Shown: positions 16,751 to 27,008 of the stretch, in pieces
Layout: every line of letters starts with the position of its first letter
Position numbering within the stretch: the first letter of the stretch is position 1
Virus record (IMG/VR): IMGVR_UViG_3300028536_000014
Coordinates: 62,001-126,000 of that record
Direction: 5' to 3' (one strand)
DNA length: 64,000 nucleotides
The notes under the pieces: model-generated
The model's input: the letters and a program-made list of their open reading frames with translations, nothing else
Databases searched by the model: none
Told to the model about the DNA's origin: nothing
Translations under genes and position numbers: made by a program

Positions 16751-17080
16751 TTACTTGGAAACGATTTTCTTCTTCTTTGGTTTGCTTCTTGGTGTGTATT
16801 TGACCTTAAGCAATGGAAGATTCTTCCAAGTTGTTTCGTTATTGCTATACGACTGTCCGAAGATCAAGACATCACCGATTCTAAAACAATCAGACGTTGT
16901 CTTGATTTCAACCAACTCGGTTGTACCAATTTGACCACCTATATAAAGGTGTCGTTCTCCAACAGCGATGATTTCGATATGAGAATCACGCTTATTTGAA
17001 GCTGGTAGATGTTGAAAAGGAATCGAAAGAATGTATCCTTTCAACTTCCCTCTGGGTTTGATTGGTAATGAAGTTTTCAT
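16751..17080 (-). CDS. Hypothetical protein, paralogue of 20464-20790
   Basis: Shared pattern GKL...IP...EIIA...G..GT..LVEI.T..D...I.DV. Confidence 0.55.
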   Translation of the reverse strand: MKTSLPIKPRGKLKGYILSIPFQHLPASNKRDSHIEIIAVGERHLYIGGQIGTTELVEIKTTSDCFRIGDVLIFGQSYSNNETTWKNLPLLKVKYTPRSKPKKKKIVSK

Positions 17081-17281
17081 GCTTCCCCTTATTTTGATAG
17101 ATATGAAAGTATGTCATTGAAATGTATTAACATCTCGATTAATGCAAGGAATAAAAGGTAAGGGACAAGATCAGAGATAATACCGATAATCTCGATGAAT
17201 AGATCGATTAAGTTAGATCGAATCTTTTTGTTTTCCAGTAAAGATTTACCTTTTTTCTTTTGCATGACACGACCCTATTTA

Positions 17282-17563
17282 TTAGTCAGCTGACTTCCAT
17301 CGAATATCTCGATAGATGTCGAGTGCATCCGATAAAGCGTTGATCATCATCTTCTGATGGAAGCCGAACACCACCATGTAGAAAACGACAGCTAACGGGT
17401 AATTGCTCAAGCAGCTGAGATAGAGGAGACCACCGATGAAGAAGTTATAACGTTTGAATGCTTCGAAATGCGCCGTCTTCGTCGCAAAACATAGGGTTGT
17501 ATGGAGACAAAAACCAATGACATTCCACACAACAAAGATAGAAAGAATGAGGTGATAATTCAC
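17282..17563 (-). CDS. Hypothetical membrane protein
   Basis: Two to three hydrophobic segments. Confidence 0.5.
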   Translation of the reverse strand: MNYHLILSIFVVWNVIGFCLHTTLCFATKTAHFEAFKRYNFFIGGLLYLSCLSNYPLAVVFYMVVFGFHQKMMINALSDALDIYRDIRWKSAD

Positions 17564-17599
17564 TATAACACTCCTTTAATAAATAGATCGGATTGATTC

Positions 17600-17620
17600 T
17601 CAGCTAGAATATATGTGACT
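17600..17620 (-). promoter_or_regulatory. Putative phage promoter motif
   Basis: tcagctagaatatatgtgact; same 21-nt spacing at 18177, 28193, 29713, 31244, 33995, 38525, 54254 and 56298, mostly intergenic. Confidence 0.6.
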
Positions 17621-17686
17621 GAAATTTTTTAATAAGGTGAAAAAAAAAGACATCCAAGAATAATATCCGGATGTCTTTTTATGTTT

Positions 17687-18142
17687 TTATGTTTTAAGCA
17701 TAGCAGTAGCGTTATTGATAGCAGCTACCGTATCTTCCACACTTTCAGGATCTTTCACACCTTCTTTCTTTCTAAGCGCATCAGCAGCACGTTCAATGAT
17801 AGCCATAGCTTCAGCAGAATGTTTATCCTGCTGCTTGATCCATTCACGAAAGAAGTCTGTCTTGCGTAATGTTTCTAATGCCTGCACGATATCGGGGTGT
17901 TCTCCACTAGCGATGTCAACTTGCATTTTCTTGAGAAGATGATTAAGAACCTTAACTTCTTCATTGATGTTCTGAAGTAAAGCTAATGCTTTCTCTCTTT
18001 TTGTAAGTTGTTTCGGTACTTCTGATTTCTTATTCATAGGTAACTCCGATAGTGAAGATAAGACAGGTTGTGGCAATATCCATGATGGTGGCATCATCCA
18101 ACGTGTCTTTGATATTTTGAATGAATTGTGGATGATTATCAT
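17687..18142 (-). CDS. Hypothetical coiled-coil protein (true start probably internal, MNKKSE)
   Basis: Helical, charged ORF. Confidence 0.5.
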   Translation of the reverse strand: MIIIHNSFKISKTRWMMPPSWILPQPVLSSLSELPMNKKSEVPKQLTKREKALALLQNINEEVKVLNHLLKKMQVDIASGEHPDIVQALETLRKTDFFREWIKQQDKHSAEAMAIIERAADALRKKEGVKDPESVEDTVAAINNATAMLKT

Positions 18143-18176
18143 AGTGTGTTATTTTAGACATGATTAACGACAGATG

Positions 18177-18197
18177 TCAATTAGAATATATGTCATT
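18177..18197 (-). promoter_or_regulatory. Putative phage promoter motif
   Basis: tcaattagaatatatgtcatt. Confidence 0.6.
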
Positions 18198-18219
18198 AAG
18201 ATCTTTTCAGAACTTGATA

Positions 18220-18603
18220 TCATTTTAAAAGCTGACCAATGACCTCACCGATCTCTTTACCTGCTTCACGGATCGCTTTACCAACTTCATGAGTTAGGAA
18301 GATTTGTTCTTTCCTATTATTAACTGTTTCTTGATCATACCACAACCATCGGTGTGAACCGTTGAATCTCATAAACATAGATGTCAATTTATCACATTTA
18401 AGACAATAACAATAAGCGATGTCGATAAGCGCTTCATCATAGTTGACGATCTTGTTTTTTGTGTTGTGTGTATGAAATCCTATTCGACATAAGAATGGTT
18501 TCTTGATGGGTTCTGGTGGAGTCCATGCATCGTAAGATGGAAGATCTTCAAGTTCTTCTGGTTTGGATGTCTTATTAATGATAGCTGGTTCTGAATCATT
18601 CAT
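18220..18603 (-). CDS. Hypothetical protein
   Basis: FLCRIGFH...YCYCLKC. Confidence 0.55.
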   Translation of the reverse strand: MNDSEPAIINKTSKPEELEDLPSYDAWTPPEPIKKPFLCRIGFHTHNTKNKIVNYDEALIDIAYCYCLKCDKLTSMFMRFNGSHRWLWYDQETVNNRKEQIFLTHEVGKAIREAGKEIGEVIGQLLK

Positions 18604-19076
18604 GTTTTAGGTCCTTTAAACATAGGTCGCCAATGAGTAGCATGGATAACCACAACATAATCAACAGTCCCAGCTCGTATCCACTGTCTCTTATACCAAT
18701 AACCAACTGCAATAATTGGTTCTGAATTTTCCGCAACACCGTTGAGTTCTCCACTTATTTTACCATAAAGAAAAAGTGGTTTATTATCAAAAACATCGAT
18801 TAACATTCCATCGATTACATTTGATTTAACTTTAACCATTGGTGCTGTTTCAATTGGAAACCATTCATCATCTACAATAGGAACGACAACATGAGTTTCC
18901 GTATCATAGATTTTATAACGTCCATGATCGATACTGTTAATTAACGGTATAATCATTGGACCGTAGTTTACTGGAGATTCTTTTTCAAAGAGAGGTTTAA
19001 CTAACTCTCGTTTAACGAATTCAAGAATTTCCTCATGTGTTAATTGATCCAATTGAGGGAATTTAGATTTAATCAT
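18600..19076 (-). CDS. Hypothetical phage protein (DUF551-like WxPIETAP...THWRP)
   Basis: EWFPIETAP and THWRPM motifs. Confidence 0.55.
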   Translation of the reverse strand: MIKSKFPQLDQLTHEEILEFVKRELVKPLFEKESPVNYGPMIIPLINSIDHGRYKIYDTETHVVVPIVDDEWFPIETAPMVKVKSNVIDGMLIDVFDNKPLFLYGKISGELNGVAENSEPIIAVGYWYKRQWIRAGTVDYVVVIHATHWRPMFKGPKT

Positions 19077-19156
19077 ATTTGTTTAACTCCACGAGGATAT
19101 TCTACATGTTCAGTGAAATACTGCATAAACTTTGACTGTTCCATGATAACTCCTTT

Positions 19157-19813
19157 TCAGTTGTAAATTTGTAATTTTGCATGAACTTCGAAATGACAAG
19201 ATAATTCATCGATTTCTGTTACAATCGCTTTTACTTGTTTCTTGATTTTTGGTGGAAATTTATTGTTTTCCACTTTCTCATCAGGATACTCATCTTGAAT
19301 TTTTTTATATTCCATTTCAAGGTCACGAATCTTCTTTAATGCCATTCCAATGTAAAGTAATCGGCCTGTATAAAATGGCATAACTTTCCAATTACAAGCT
19401 TTTAAAGCGGCTCGATAGATTTTATCAATTTCGTCATAAACAAAATAACCAGCTGTCGCAGCTGTCTCTATATCCCAATCAGAAGACCGCGTATAAAAGG
19501 AATCGTAGGCAATTGAAATAGGATTAACCGAAAGTGCACTACCATTGTTATAGAGTTCTTCTGCAAACCCATAAGGTTGTTTTATAACAGCGCCTATAGC
19601 TCCAACAGAGAGTTTATTATCCTTGAGAAAAGTACTCGTTGAGAAAGAGTTCAGCATGTGTGTACCATCTTTACCAAATGGTATCGCTAATGTTCCATTA
19701 GCTGGGTTAATAAGATCTTTCCAACCTATTTTTGTAGGCATAACATTAGGTTTCATAATGAATTGAGAAAAAGCAATTGACCCCGATCGAATAACTATTA
19801 ATCCAGTTGTCAT
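19157..19813 (-). CDS. Hypothetical protein
   Basis: 218-aa ORF. Confidence 0.55.
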   Translation of the reverse strand: MTTGLIVIRSGSIAFSQFIMKPNVMPTKIGWKDLINPANGTLAIPFGKDGTHMLNSFSTSTFLKDNKLSVGAIGAVIKQPYGFAEELYNNGSALSVNPISIAYDSFYTRSSDWDIETAATAGYFVYDEIDKIYRAALKACNWKVMPFYTGRLLYIGMALKKIRDLEMEYKKIQDEYPDEKVENNKFPPKIKKQVKAIVTEIDELSCHFEVHAKLQIYN

Positions 19814-20406
19814 TTTCTCACTCTCTTTTTAACACTTATCTTTTTGATAGGTTGTTTAGAATTGTACCAAGGTGTATCAATGATTGTTGAAAGATCTATC
19901 TTTGTAAATTCTGAAGTTACATCCGACACACTCATCGAAATGATTTGGTAAAATCTTTCAAAATTATCGATTTTATTACTATCGATAATCACATTAGCTG
20001 CCGATTTAGCTGTACCTGCAGTGTATGGAATATCACGTCTTAAATAAGTAAGACGACATCCATGGTCTATTTCGTGTTCAATATGAACAAACAAATTTCC
20101 CATTACCATGATGATGCTGGAAGATGTTGAGCGAGTTTTCTTATAAATTTGATCGAATGCTGCAGAGGCATTTTTCTCTGCTTCTTTATTATCGTCAGTT
20201 TTATAAAGCGAGTAGACACTAAGAATCTTTCGAGCTTTTTCCCATTCTTCAGGAATAAGAATGTGACCTACAGACACTCCAGCAAAATAACGATCATCGG
20301 AAACATAGGTCTTCTGAATTGTTTCGAAGATACTAAGTTTTTCCGTATTATTGGTCGAAGATATATCGGCTGTCAAGCAGTCACGATAATACATTGTTAA
20401 ACTCAT
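19810..20406 (-). CDS. Hypothetical protein
   Basis: 198-aa ORF overlapping the next start. Confidence 0.55.
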   Translation of the reverse strand: MSLTMYYRDCLTADISSTNNTEKLSIFETIQKTYVSDDRYFAGVSVGHILIPEEWEKARKILSVYSLYKTDDNKEAEKNASAAFDQIYKKTRSTSSSIIMVMGNLFVHIEHEIDHGCRLTYLRRDIPYTAGTAKSAANVIIDSNKIDNFERFYQIISMSVSDVTSEFTKIDLSTIIDTPWYNSKQPIKKISVKKRVRK

Positions 20407-20463
20407 AACGTTATAGATCCTCTCACATACTCCTATTGATGGAGTATGTGAGAGGATATTCCT

Positions 20464-20790
20464 TTATCGATTATTCGGCTTCTGGGTGGAACCCTGTCGA
20501 CGAGGAGTAGGTTCTGGAGTTTTCTCTGGAAGAGGTTTTGCGTACTTGACATATCCAACGATTTTTCCATTGATATCGAAATCCATGACATCTTTGATAC
20601 CAACTCCATCAGCATCTGTTTCGATTTCGACAAGAACGTTGGTTCCAGAGCGACCTACAAAAATGGTATCATTGACTTTGGCAATGATTTCAACAGCAAA
20701 TGCGGTATCAGCCAGAACATTCAACTTCTCTGCTGGGATTTTGATCTTTGACAACTTACCTGTTAACTTAGCCATGATTTTTTTTCTCAA
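20464..20790 (-). CDS. Hypothetical protein, paralogue of 16751-17080
   Basis: Shared pattern with 16751-17080. Confidence 0.55.
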   Translation of the reverse strand: MRKKIMAKLTGKLSKIKIPAEKLNVLADTAFAVEIIAKVNDTIFVGRSGTNVLVEIETDADGVGIKDVMDFDINGKIVGYVKYAKPLPEKTPEPTPRRQGSTQKPNNR

Positions 20791-20851
20791 ATTTCAAATG
20801 GAACTAAAAGTTGGTGAACATCGTTAAACTTTGAATCAATAAGAATCTGTT

Positions 20852-21247
20852 CTATTTTGTTTTGTTAGGTCCTAAAGTTTGTATCTTTTCTATTCCTAAG
20901 ACATCACGAATCTGTTCACGATCAGCATCAGATTCTGGGATTATAACGAGGACATTGTCTTCTTCATCCAATTCAAGTTTCATATTGAAATCTTCATTTT
21001 GGATAACCTTATTTAAATCATGTTTACCTTGGTCGGTTATTTTATTAAAAGACCACCACTTATCCCAACTATTGTCGTGTTTATAAAAACTGATTCCATT
21101 TTTAAATAGGGATCTGCAACTAGATGTTTCACAATCCAATCGGATTTTATCGATGTGTTCTTGAGAATCACATTTATTAACAAGAAATTCATGTTTCATA
21201 ACCATATTCCTCCAACTGGTATTTTGAACACAAAGTTGGAGAATCAA
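20852..21247 (-). CDS. Hypothetical protein
   Basis: ORF in a dense minus-strand run. Confidence 0.5.
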   Translation of the reverse strand: MILQLCVQNTSWRNMVMKHEFLVNKCDSQEHIDKIRLDCETSSCRSLFKNGISFYKHDNSWDKWWSFNKITDQGKHDLNKVIQNEDFNMKLELDEEDNVLVIIPESDADREQIRDVLGIEKIQTLGPNKTK

Positions 21248-21431
21248 AGAATTGATGTTTCTTCTGACTTACTTCACTGGAGTTATATGGTATAACATCA
21301 CCTTTGAAAGTTTTTGCTTCATCACACGGATGATGATAAGTCCTAATACACATCCCGCCTCGACAAGTATATTTTCGTTTATGAAAGAAGTTGTCTATAT
21401 CAGGTTTGTTAATATTCGAATAAGGTTTCAT
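21189..21431 (-). CDS. Hypothetical protein, paralogue of 21428-21679
   Basis: KP....F..K..Y.C..G.CI.T......T.KG....Y.S.E. Confidence 0.5.
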   Translation of the reverse strand: MKPYSNINKPDIDNFFHKRKYTCRGGMCIRTYHHPCDEAKTFKGDVIPYNSSEVSQKKHQFFDSPTLCSKYQLEEYGYET

Positions 21432-21679
21432 GGAGAGTAATAACCTTGTAAATTATCATTTATTTCCATTTTTGAAAACTCATTTGCTTTTTCAAAAATT
21501 CTCCATTTATCCATGATATCTTCTTCTGATTTATAATATACAAACCCACCTTTATATGTATCTCTACTTCCACTAAACATATAAAGAGTCGTAATACAGA
21601 ATCCTGTCTGACAAGGATAATCAGATTTACTAATAAACTGAGTCAGTTCTGGTTTGGTAATATTTAATTGACGTTTCAT
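21428..21679 (-). CDS. Hypothetical protein, paralogue of 21189-21431
   Basis: Same pattern. Confidence 0.5.
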   Translation of the reverse strand: MKRQLNITKPELTQFISKSDYPCQTGFCITTLYMFSGSRDTYKGGFVYYKSEEDIMDKWRIFEKANEFSKMEINDNLQGYYSP

Positions 21680-21682
21680 GCC

Positions 21683-22111
21683 TTAGGGTTTTATTCTACC
21701 TGACTTTAATAACTCTTGAAAAACATAAGCCCCATGGTAAGAACTTGCTTGATACCCCCATTCATACCCTTTCTTGATTTCTTCTTCTGGTAAGAGCGGA
21801 GGTGGTTTAACATATTGAGCGCACACACTCGGCATAGCTCTTCCACTGACGATGATTTTCGAACAAAGTTCTAAATCAAGAAGTGTATCTCGAGCTGATT
21901 TGGAAGGAACATCACCATCCCAAAGAGGACCAGAACGCATTAAAGCGACAAGTGTATCAAGTTCTGCACCGTTTAATTTACTAGCAGTATCTTTATACCA
22001 TTCATCCCAAGCATCAGAACGTTCATCAGAATCAGGATGAGATTCACAAGTAGGAAATGGTTTAAATCGAGGTTCTTTTTTCCTAGTCTCGATATTGGCA
22101 AACTTTGTCAT
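21683..22111 (-). CDS. Hypothetical phage protein
   Basis: GPLWDGDVPSKSARD motif. Confidence 0.55.
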   Translation of the reverse strand: MTKFANIETRKKEPRFKPFPTCESHPDSDERSDAWDEWYKDTASKLNGAELDTLVALMRSGPLWDGDVPSKSARDTLLDLELCSKIIVSGRAMPSVCAQYVKPPPLLPEEEIKKGYEWGYQASSYHGAYVFQELLKSGRIKP

Positions 22112-22123
22112 GTTAGTTCCTTT

Positions 22124-22408
22124 TCATAAACACAAAAGAATGATTTTTGGAACGATATAACCTATTCCACTAAAGATAGAGACGAGTAAGACAAAAGCAA
22201 AAACGATTCCGTAATATAATGATTGATCAAACAACCGAATAGTAATGTTGATAACAAAATAGGTCAAACCATAAATTGGAAAACCGTAGAAGTAATCTAA
22301 GAAACTTTTCTCTTTGTCCTCTTTATCGAGGTAATGATTAAAGAAGAAAACAACTGCATTACCAACCCAAATGAACAGAGCCGCGTCTGTTATTAAGAAA
22401 ACGTACAT
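22124..22408 (-). CDS. Hypothetical membrane protein
   Basis: Three hydrophobic segments. Confidence 0.5.
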   Translation of the reverse strand: MYVFLITDAALFIWVGNAVVFFFNHYLDKEDKEKSFLDYFYGFPIYGLTYFVINITIRLFDQSLYYGIVFAFVLLVSIFSGIGYIVPKIILLCL

Positions 22409-22410
22409 GA

Positions 22411-22614
22411 CTATTTATTATCCTTTTTGTTGGTAATAGAAAAGCATGGGAGTACTGCAGAAGCATTCGTTTTAACCTGAACACCTATATAGGGTGTTTT
22501 ATCAATTTTTGTATTGAATTTCGTATTGAATTTTTTATCTGCTTCCAAAATGTCGTTAGCAATTATTAAAGCTAAAAACTTTTTAGTTTGATTGTTGGTA
22601 TAGAAATATAACAT
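22411..22614 (-). CDS. Hypothetical protein
   Basis: 67-aa ORF. Confidence 0.4.
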   Translation of the reverse strand: MLYFYTNNQTKKFLALIIANDILEADKKFNTKFNTKIDKTPYIGVQVKTNASAVLPCFSITNKKDNK

Positions 22615-22631
22615 ATAAGGTTTCCATTTTG

Positions 22632-23261
22632 TTAAGTATTTATTTTGTTAGAAGGTATAGGTGGCATAACAGAAATATCGATTTGTTTGTAATAACCATC
22701 GATTTGAATCGTTGCAGCGATACGTCCTACTGGTTTGTTTTCCAGTTTATCAACGACACGTGCATTCATTCCTTTGGCGATATGTTCAAAGAGTTTTTCA
22801 GGTGTCACTGCTTCTTCAACCCAAGGCATCGCCACGATGTCTAAATCACGTTCTCTTGAACCATGGATACCGATAGCATAACCCACTTCTTTGGCTAATA
22901 CACGAATCTTATTGATATCTGGAAGTTTAGTGAAACTCCATCCTTCACAAGGTTTAGTTGTATCACCATTACATTTCCAACACTGTTCACCTTCACGAGG
23001 TGCATTGCATGTTTTGCAATACATCCAGGTATCAGGAACAGTGATCTTATAAATGTCATGAATTCTTAAAGGTTCTGGTGGATCTAGAATCTCGATAAGT
23101 AGATAAGGAACAGTATCGAAATTACACCCTACAAGACAAGCAACATACCACTCACTAATACCTTTTGTCAAAACCCTGACAGAAAAACTGGTATCTGGTT
23201 TTACATTCAGAAGTCCATCAGGCATTCTGATAAGACCTAGATTTGATTTGAATTCGAACAT
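22632..23261 (-). CDS. Zinc-ribbon plus nucleotidyltransferase-like protein
   Basis: CKTC...CWKC, then GYAIGIHGSRERDLDIVAMPW. Confidence 0.5.
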   Translation of the reverse strand: MFEFKSNLGLIRMPDGLLNVKPDTSFSVRVLTKGISEWYVACLVGCNFDTVPYLLIEILDPPEPLRIHDIYKITVPDTWMYCKTCNAPREGEQCWKCNGDTTKPCEGWSFTKLPDINKIRVLAKEVGYAIGIHGSRERDLDIVAMPWVEEAVTPEKLFEHIAKGMNARVVDKLENKPVGRIAATIQIDGYYKQIDISVMPPIPSNKINT

Positions 23262-23277
23262 TGGAAATTAATCCCCA

Positions 23278-23466
23278 TTAAGTATTATCAGTGATATGTT
23301 TTTCTTGTGTGTTTGTTAATAGCTCTTTATCCCGAATGTCCAAACCAATAACAAGACAGTGTGGGCAACGAGCACGACCATCCTTTACCGGATGATCTGG
23401 CAACTTTGCAAATACGTGATTATGATCACAACGATCAATAACAACATCATTAATAGAAAAGTTCAT
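23278..23466 (-). CDS. Hypothetical protein
   Basis: RCDH...RCPHC. Confidence 0.4.
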   Translation of the reverse strand: MNFSINDVVIDRCDHNHVFAKLPDHPVKDGRARCPHCLVIGLDIRDKELLTNTQEKHITDNT

Positions 23467-23478
23467 ATTTATCTTTGT

Positions 23479-23916
23479 TTAAAAGATAGGAAAGAATTTA
23501 TTAATTTCTGCTTTAGCACTTTCGTTGCTGTCAGAACCATGGACAGAGTTCTCACACAACCTAGTTTCCAAAGCATATTTTCCACGAATGGTATTGGGAC
23601 CTGCTTTGGTACGATCGGTTGGTCCCATGAGTTCACGAAACTTTGACACGCAATTAGGACCATCCATCCGAAGAAGTAATAACTCAACGTCAGCTGAGAC
23701 GGTGTATTCAATTAGATCATTAAAATGAGCTCGTCCTTTGTGTTCACGATAAAGCCATTCCGCTTCTTCACGTGTCAAAAAACAAGCTTTGTACTCGATG
23801 ATTTCGAATCCGGCATTTTCGATATCTGTCTTAATAACAGCAGTAAAACCTCGAATAGTTGCATCGGGTTTGATCATTGCAAAAGTTTGCGAATAGACTG
23901 CTTGTTCTTCGTTCAT
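23479..23916 (-). CDS. ndk: Nucleoside diphosphate kinase
   Basis: TFAMIKPDA, Y.EHKGR.HF, RELMGPT, TIRG, NSVHGSDS (catalytic His). Confidence 0.95.
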   Translation of the reverse strand: MNEEQAVYSQTFAMIKPDATIRGFTAVIKTDIENAGFEIIEYKACFLTREEAEWLYREHKGRAHFNDLIEYTVSADVELLLLRMDGPNCVSKFRELMGPTDRTKAGPNTIRGKYALETRLCENSVHGSDSNESAKAEINKFFPIF

Positions 23917-23925
23917 AACTAATCC

Positions 23926-24444
23926 TTAAAAAGAAATGGTGTTGAGGATAATACAGTACCTCTTCCCATGAAGAATCTCCTCAACAGAATGTAGAGGCCC
24001 TTGCACGCCATCGATTGTGCAATCTTGGATAATGATATCACCTGACTCTGCAACATAAGGCTCTTCATCACACCAAGAATAAACAGGATCGAAATTACCA
24101 AACACTGCTATAATGGTTTTACCTATATTGTTTAAAGGATCACGATGTTCTTTTACAAATGAACCTTCAGGATAACGTTGAATAAAGATCGTAGTGAATA
24201 CCTGGGTATTAAACATATCCATCAACCGTATAATCACGTCATAAATATGAAGTGGAAGATAGCGGTAGTTACGAAATTGTGAGTATTCAAAATTACCCAA
24301 GAACGTAGGAGAGGGACAATAATCGATTGTGTCGAGTTCTTTAACGATTTCTTCTTGTTGTTCTGGCGTAAATACCGCTTTAATGATAGTCGGTAACATT
24401 CGCAACTTCTCCATTTCTAAGAGGATGTGTGTACACGCAACCAT
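23926..24444 (-). CDS. 2OG-Fe(II) oxygenase (AlkB-like fold)
   Basis: QRYPEG....EHRD (HxD), LHSV, KRYCI. Confidence 0.65.
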   Translation of the reverse strand: MVACTHILLEMEKLRMLPTIIKAVFTPEQQEEIVKELDTIDYCPSPTFLGNFEYSQFRNYRYLPLHIYDVIIRLMDMFNTQVFTTIFIQRYPEGSFVKEHRDPLNNIGKTIIAVFGNFDPVYSWCDEEPYVAESGDIIIQDCTIDGVQGPLHSVEEILHGKRYCIILNTISF

Positions 24445-24785
24445 TCTCGCGTGTCCTTAAGCTGATCAGTATCAATAGATTCTAACCCTGGTTCTTTATT
24501 ATCCAGAGCAATAAAGAATTCCTTAATCTTTAATAAACTTTCATCACCCCAGTTTATAAGAATACAGACGTGTGTGTAAGGTATCTGAAAACTATAATTC
24601 TCAGAAACAGGAGTATCATTACGGGCTAGAAATATACCGTTAATAGTCCAAAATTCTGTTACCTTACGAAAAGGATCCCAATCATAACCACCGCCTTCCC
24701 AGAAAGTGCGTTGCTGTACCTCCAAAATGTTGGATAAATACTTAACTTTCACTTGTTCGGTTGACTGTTGAATAGACCCATTCAT
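24417..24785 (-). CDS. Hypothetical protein
   Basis: 122-aa ORF. Confidence 0.5.
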   Translation of the reverse strand: MNGSIQQSTEQVKVKYLSNILEVQQRTFWEGGGYDWDPFRKVTEFWTINGIFLARNDTPVSENYSFQIPYTHVCILINWGDESLLKIKEFFIALDNKEPGLESIDTDQLKDTREWLRVHTSS

Positions 24786-24815
24786 GATTTCGTTCCTATT
24801 GATGGTTTAAGACAT

Positions 24816-25331
24816 TTAAGAAAGAATTCTAGGGATAGTACCACGTCTCTGGTTCATTTTCATCTGAACTATCATTTTTTCTGTAAACATAAAACTTTTG
24901 AATGCAGCTACGCCACGAATAAAATCTACTTCGTGAAGTTCTTCGAGGTGACGAACAATGTACTGCGGGTTCTCATAGTGAACATCACCATAACTAGTTT
25001 CGTTGACTAAAAGATCAAACGTACAATGACTTCCGTGATCGTGGTGTTGGGTTCCTTCAAACTCTAAAATTTGAGCATTGTAACCTTGCCAGAAAGCCAG
25101 TTCCAACGATACACCAGGTACTTCCCAGAAAAGCTGAACGAAGTATTGTTCCTCCGAAGTGGAATATAATTCATTTACCGCCAACTGCTCATCATCATTG
25201 ATGTCTGTCATCTTTGTATGAGACATACCGAGCATTGACGTCAAGCGATCACGATACTGCAGAAACTTTTGGTAAGCCTCAACACGTTCTGCTTCTGTAA
25301 GATTGACTGGCACTGTTTCATTATGTCTCAT
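24816..25331 (-). CDS. Hypothetical protein
   Basis: 171-aa ORF. Confidence 0.55.
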   Translation of the reverse strand: MRHNETVPVNLTEAERVEAYQKFLQYRDRLTSMLGMSHTKMTDINDDEQLAVNELYSTSEEQYFVQLFWEVPGVSLELAFWQGYNAQILEFEGTQHHDHGSHCTFDLLVNETSYGDVHYENPQYIVRHLEELHEVDFIRGVAAFKSFMFTEKMIVQMKMNQRRGTIPRILS

Positions 25332-25376
25332 TGTTTTTCCTTTGAAGAGATGAAATTGGTAAGTTAAATCTGTGAT

Positions 25377-26051
25377 CTAATACAACATCTCTGAATAGAG
25401 TTCATTTCCAAGATAAAGATGTCGACAATCTTCTTTTACTTTGTCTAATTGACCTGCAATCTTAGCAATAAGAAATGCTTCTTCACGAGACATGTAGATT
25501 CCATAGTTACATATGAAACCTTGCTCTTCATGAGGTCTATTCTTAAACATATCACCATCAACACGTTTACTGATCTGTTCACGCATTTCCATACTGTAGT
25601 GTCGTATACCGGTTACAATAAAACCGTTTTCTCCACGAACAGCTGCACACACCACAACGTGTTTAGTTGGATTTATATTTATCCAAATAACATCAGTCCA
25701 CCAACCATCATTAAGTTTGTCGTCACTATTAATGAGTGGTGGATTAATAGCTCCCACTGGCCATCCATTTGGATACATATCTGGATATTTATCTTTTTCA
25801 GAACCGAGAGTAAGACCTAATAAACGTAATGCAGTTAGGTATTTTAAGTTCCATTCTTCATCTCGATTTCCAGCCATTGTACTGGCTAGACGAAAACGAC
25901 GTATATATTCTTCAGGTGTTCGATTCATCTTTACTCTCCTAATCTGGTTTGTATGTAATGGTTTTGATAACAAGATGTCTAGAACCTGGAATACTTGGTT
26001 TAGAACCAGCAATAACAGGTATGATACCATCTGTATCAATAATAACATCAC
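25377..26051 (-). CDS. Conserved phage hypothetical protein (true start probably MNRTPEE)
   Basis: VVCAA...G.RH...QGF...G..MSR.EA..IA..AGQ...LYSE. Confidence 0.55.
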   Translation of the reverse strand: MMLLLIQMVSYLLLLVLNQVFQVLDILLSKPLHTNQIRRVKMNRTPEEYIRRFRLASTMAGNRDEEWNLKYLTALRLLGLTLGSEKDKYPDMYPNGWPVGAINPPLINSDDKLNDGWWTDVIWININPTKHVVVCAAVRGENGFIVTGIRHYSMEMREQISKRVDGDMFKNRPHEEQGFICNYGIYMSREEAFLIAKIAGQLDKVKEDCRHLYLGNELYSEMLY

Positions 26052-26178
26052 CTACTTTAATATCTGTAGATTCCTTCAGAGGTAAAGTTCCAAGAGATGA
26101 TCGTTTATCTTTGTTGATAAGATTATAAGCTTCTATTTGTGTTGGCGTTAATTTATTCATGTTAGAGTTTCTGATCAA
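25939..26178 (-). CDS. Hypothetical protein
   Basis: 79-aa ORF. Confidence 0.4.
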   Translation of the reverse strand: MIRNSNMNKLTPTQIEAYNLINKDKRSSLGTLPLKESTDIKVGDVIIDTDGIIPVIAGSKPSIPGSRHLVIKTITYKPD

Positions 26179-26923
26179 AGCGCGTCAGGACTTTTAGTAG
26201 TCTTGCCTGCACTCTGGTTTCCATTTCTTCTGGTGTTAATCGACTTTTCTCGATAGGACATTTACCTAGATGAGTTATAACTTCTTCCTTGGGATCAAAA
26301 TAAAGTTTACGACAACTCCATTTGACAACATTATCAAGAGGCCATACTTGAGTTTCGTCATCACTAACTGAAGTGAATTGGATGTGTTTACCTGGCATCC
26401 AGACATCAAATAAATAACCATCTGGTGTTCTGAGTTTATCGTTTTCTGTTTCTGATGAATGAGGTTCATCAATTTTATCAAATCGAAGATCTTTACCCAT
26501 TATTGGAAATTCTACTTGTTCTCGATTTGTCGATACCCAACTATTGTAATCGATTATGCTATCTCTTTCGGGATACATTTCATTAATAGAAATGTAGTAA
26601 TGAGGAACCTCAGATTTCCATTTTCCATTAAATAGAATAGGAACAGCACACCAAATCTTATCATCGAAAAACCAATAAGAACGATCAGTAGTACCACTAT
26701 CGCCCCATAACCAAGGCCAACATTGACTTGCAAGAACACTATTCCTATATTGGTGTAGATAGTTACTTACAAAATGTTTGAATAATTCAGGAGTATGACA
26801 CTCCAGAAATTGTTGACCGAATGAGCTTCTAGCGATCGTGTTTATATCACCGTTAGAACTAACACTACCTAACCATTCAGCTTCCTTACCTTTACCGATA
26901 TAAAAATCCGCATCAATATTCAT
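26162..26923 (-). CDS. Hypothetical protein
   Basis: ADFYIGKG..AEWLGS..S.G motif, WPW.W..S.TTD..Y.F. Confidence 0.55.
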   Translation of the reverse strand: MNIDADFYIGKGKEAEWLGSVSSNGDINTIARSSFGQQFLECHTPELFKHFVSNYLHQYRNSVLASQCWPWLWGDSGTTDRSYWFFDDKIWCAVPILFNGKWKSEVPHYYISINEMYPERDSIIDYNSWVSTNREQVEFPIMGKDLRFDKIDEPHSSETENDKLRTPDGYLFDVWMPGKHIQFTSVSDDETQVWPLDNVVKWSCRKLYFDPKEEVITHLGKCPIEKSRLTPEEMETRVQARLLKVLTRFDQKL

Positions 26924-27008
26924 TAATTATTATCCATCTGGTTCTGCAAAGGTGGTTGCAACCACGGTATGTGTTTACTCACGATGTTTGATTCCTGATT
27001 CTGGTGTT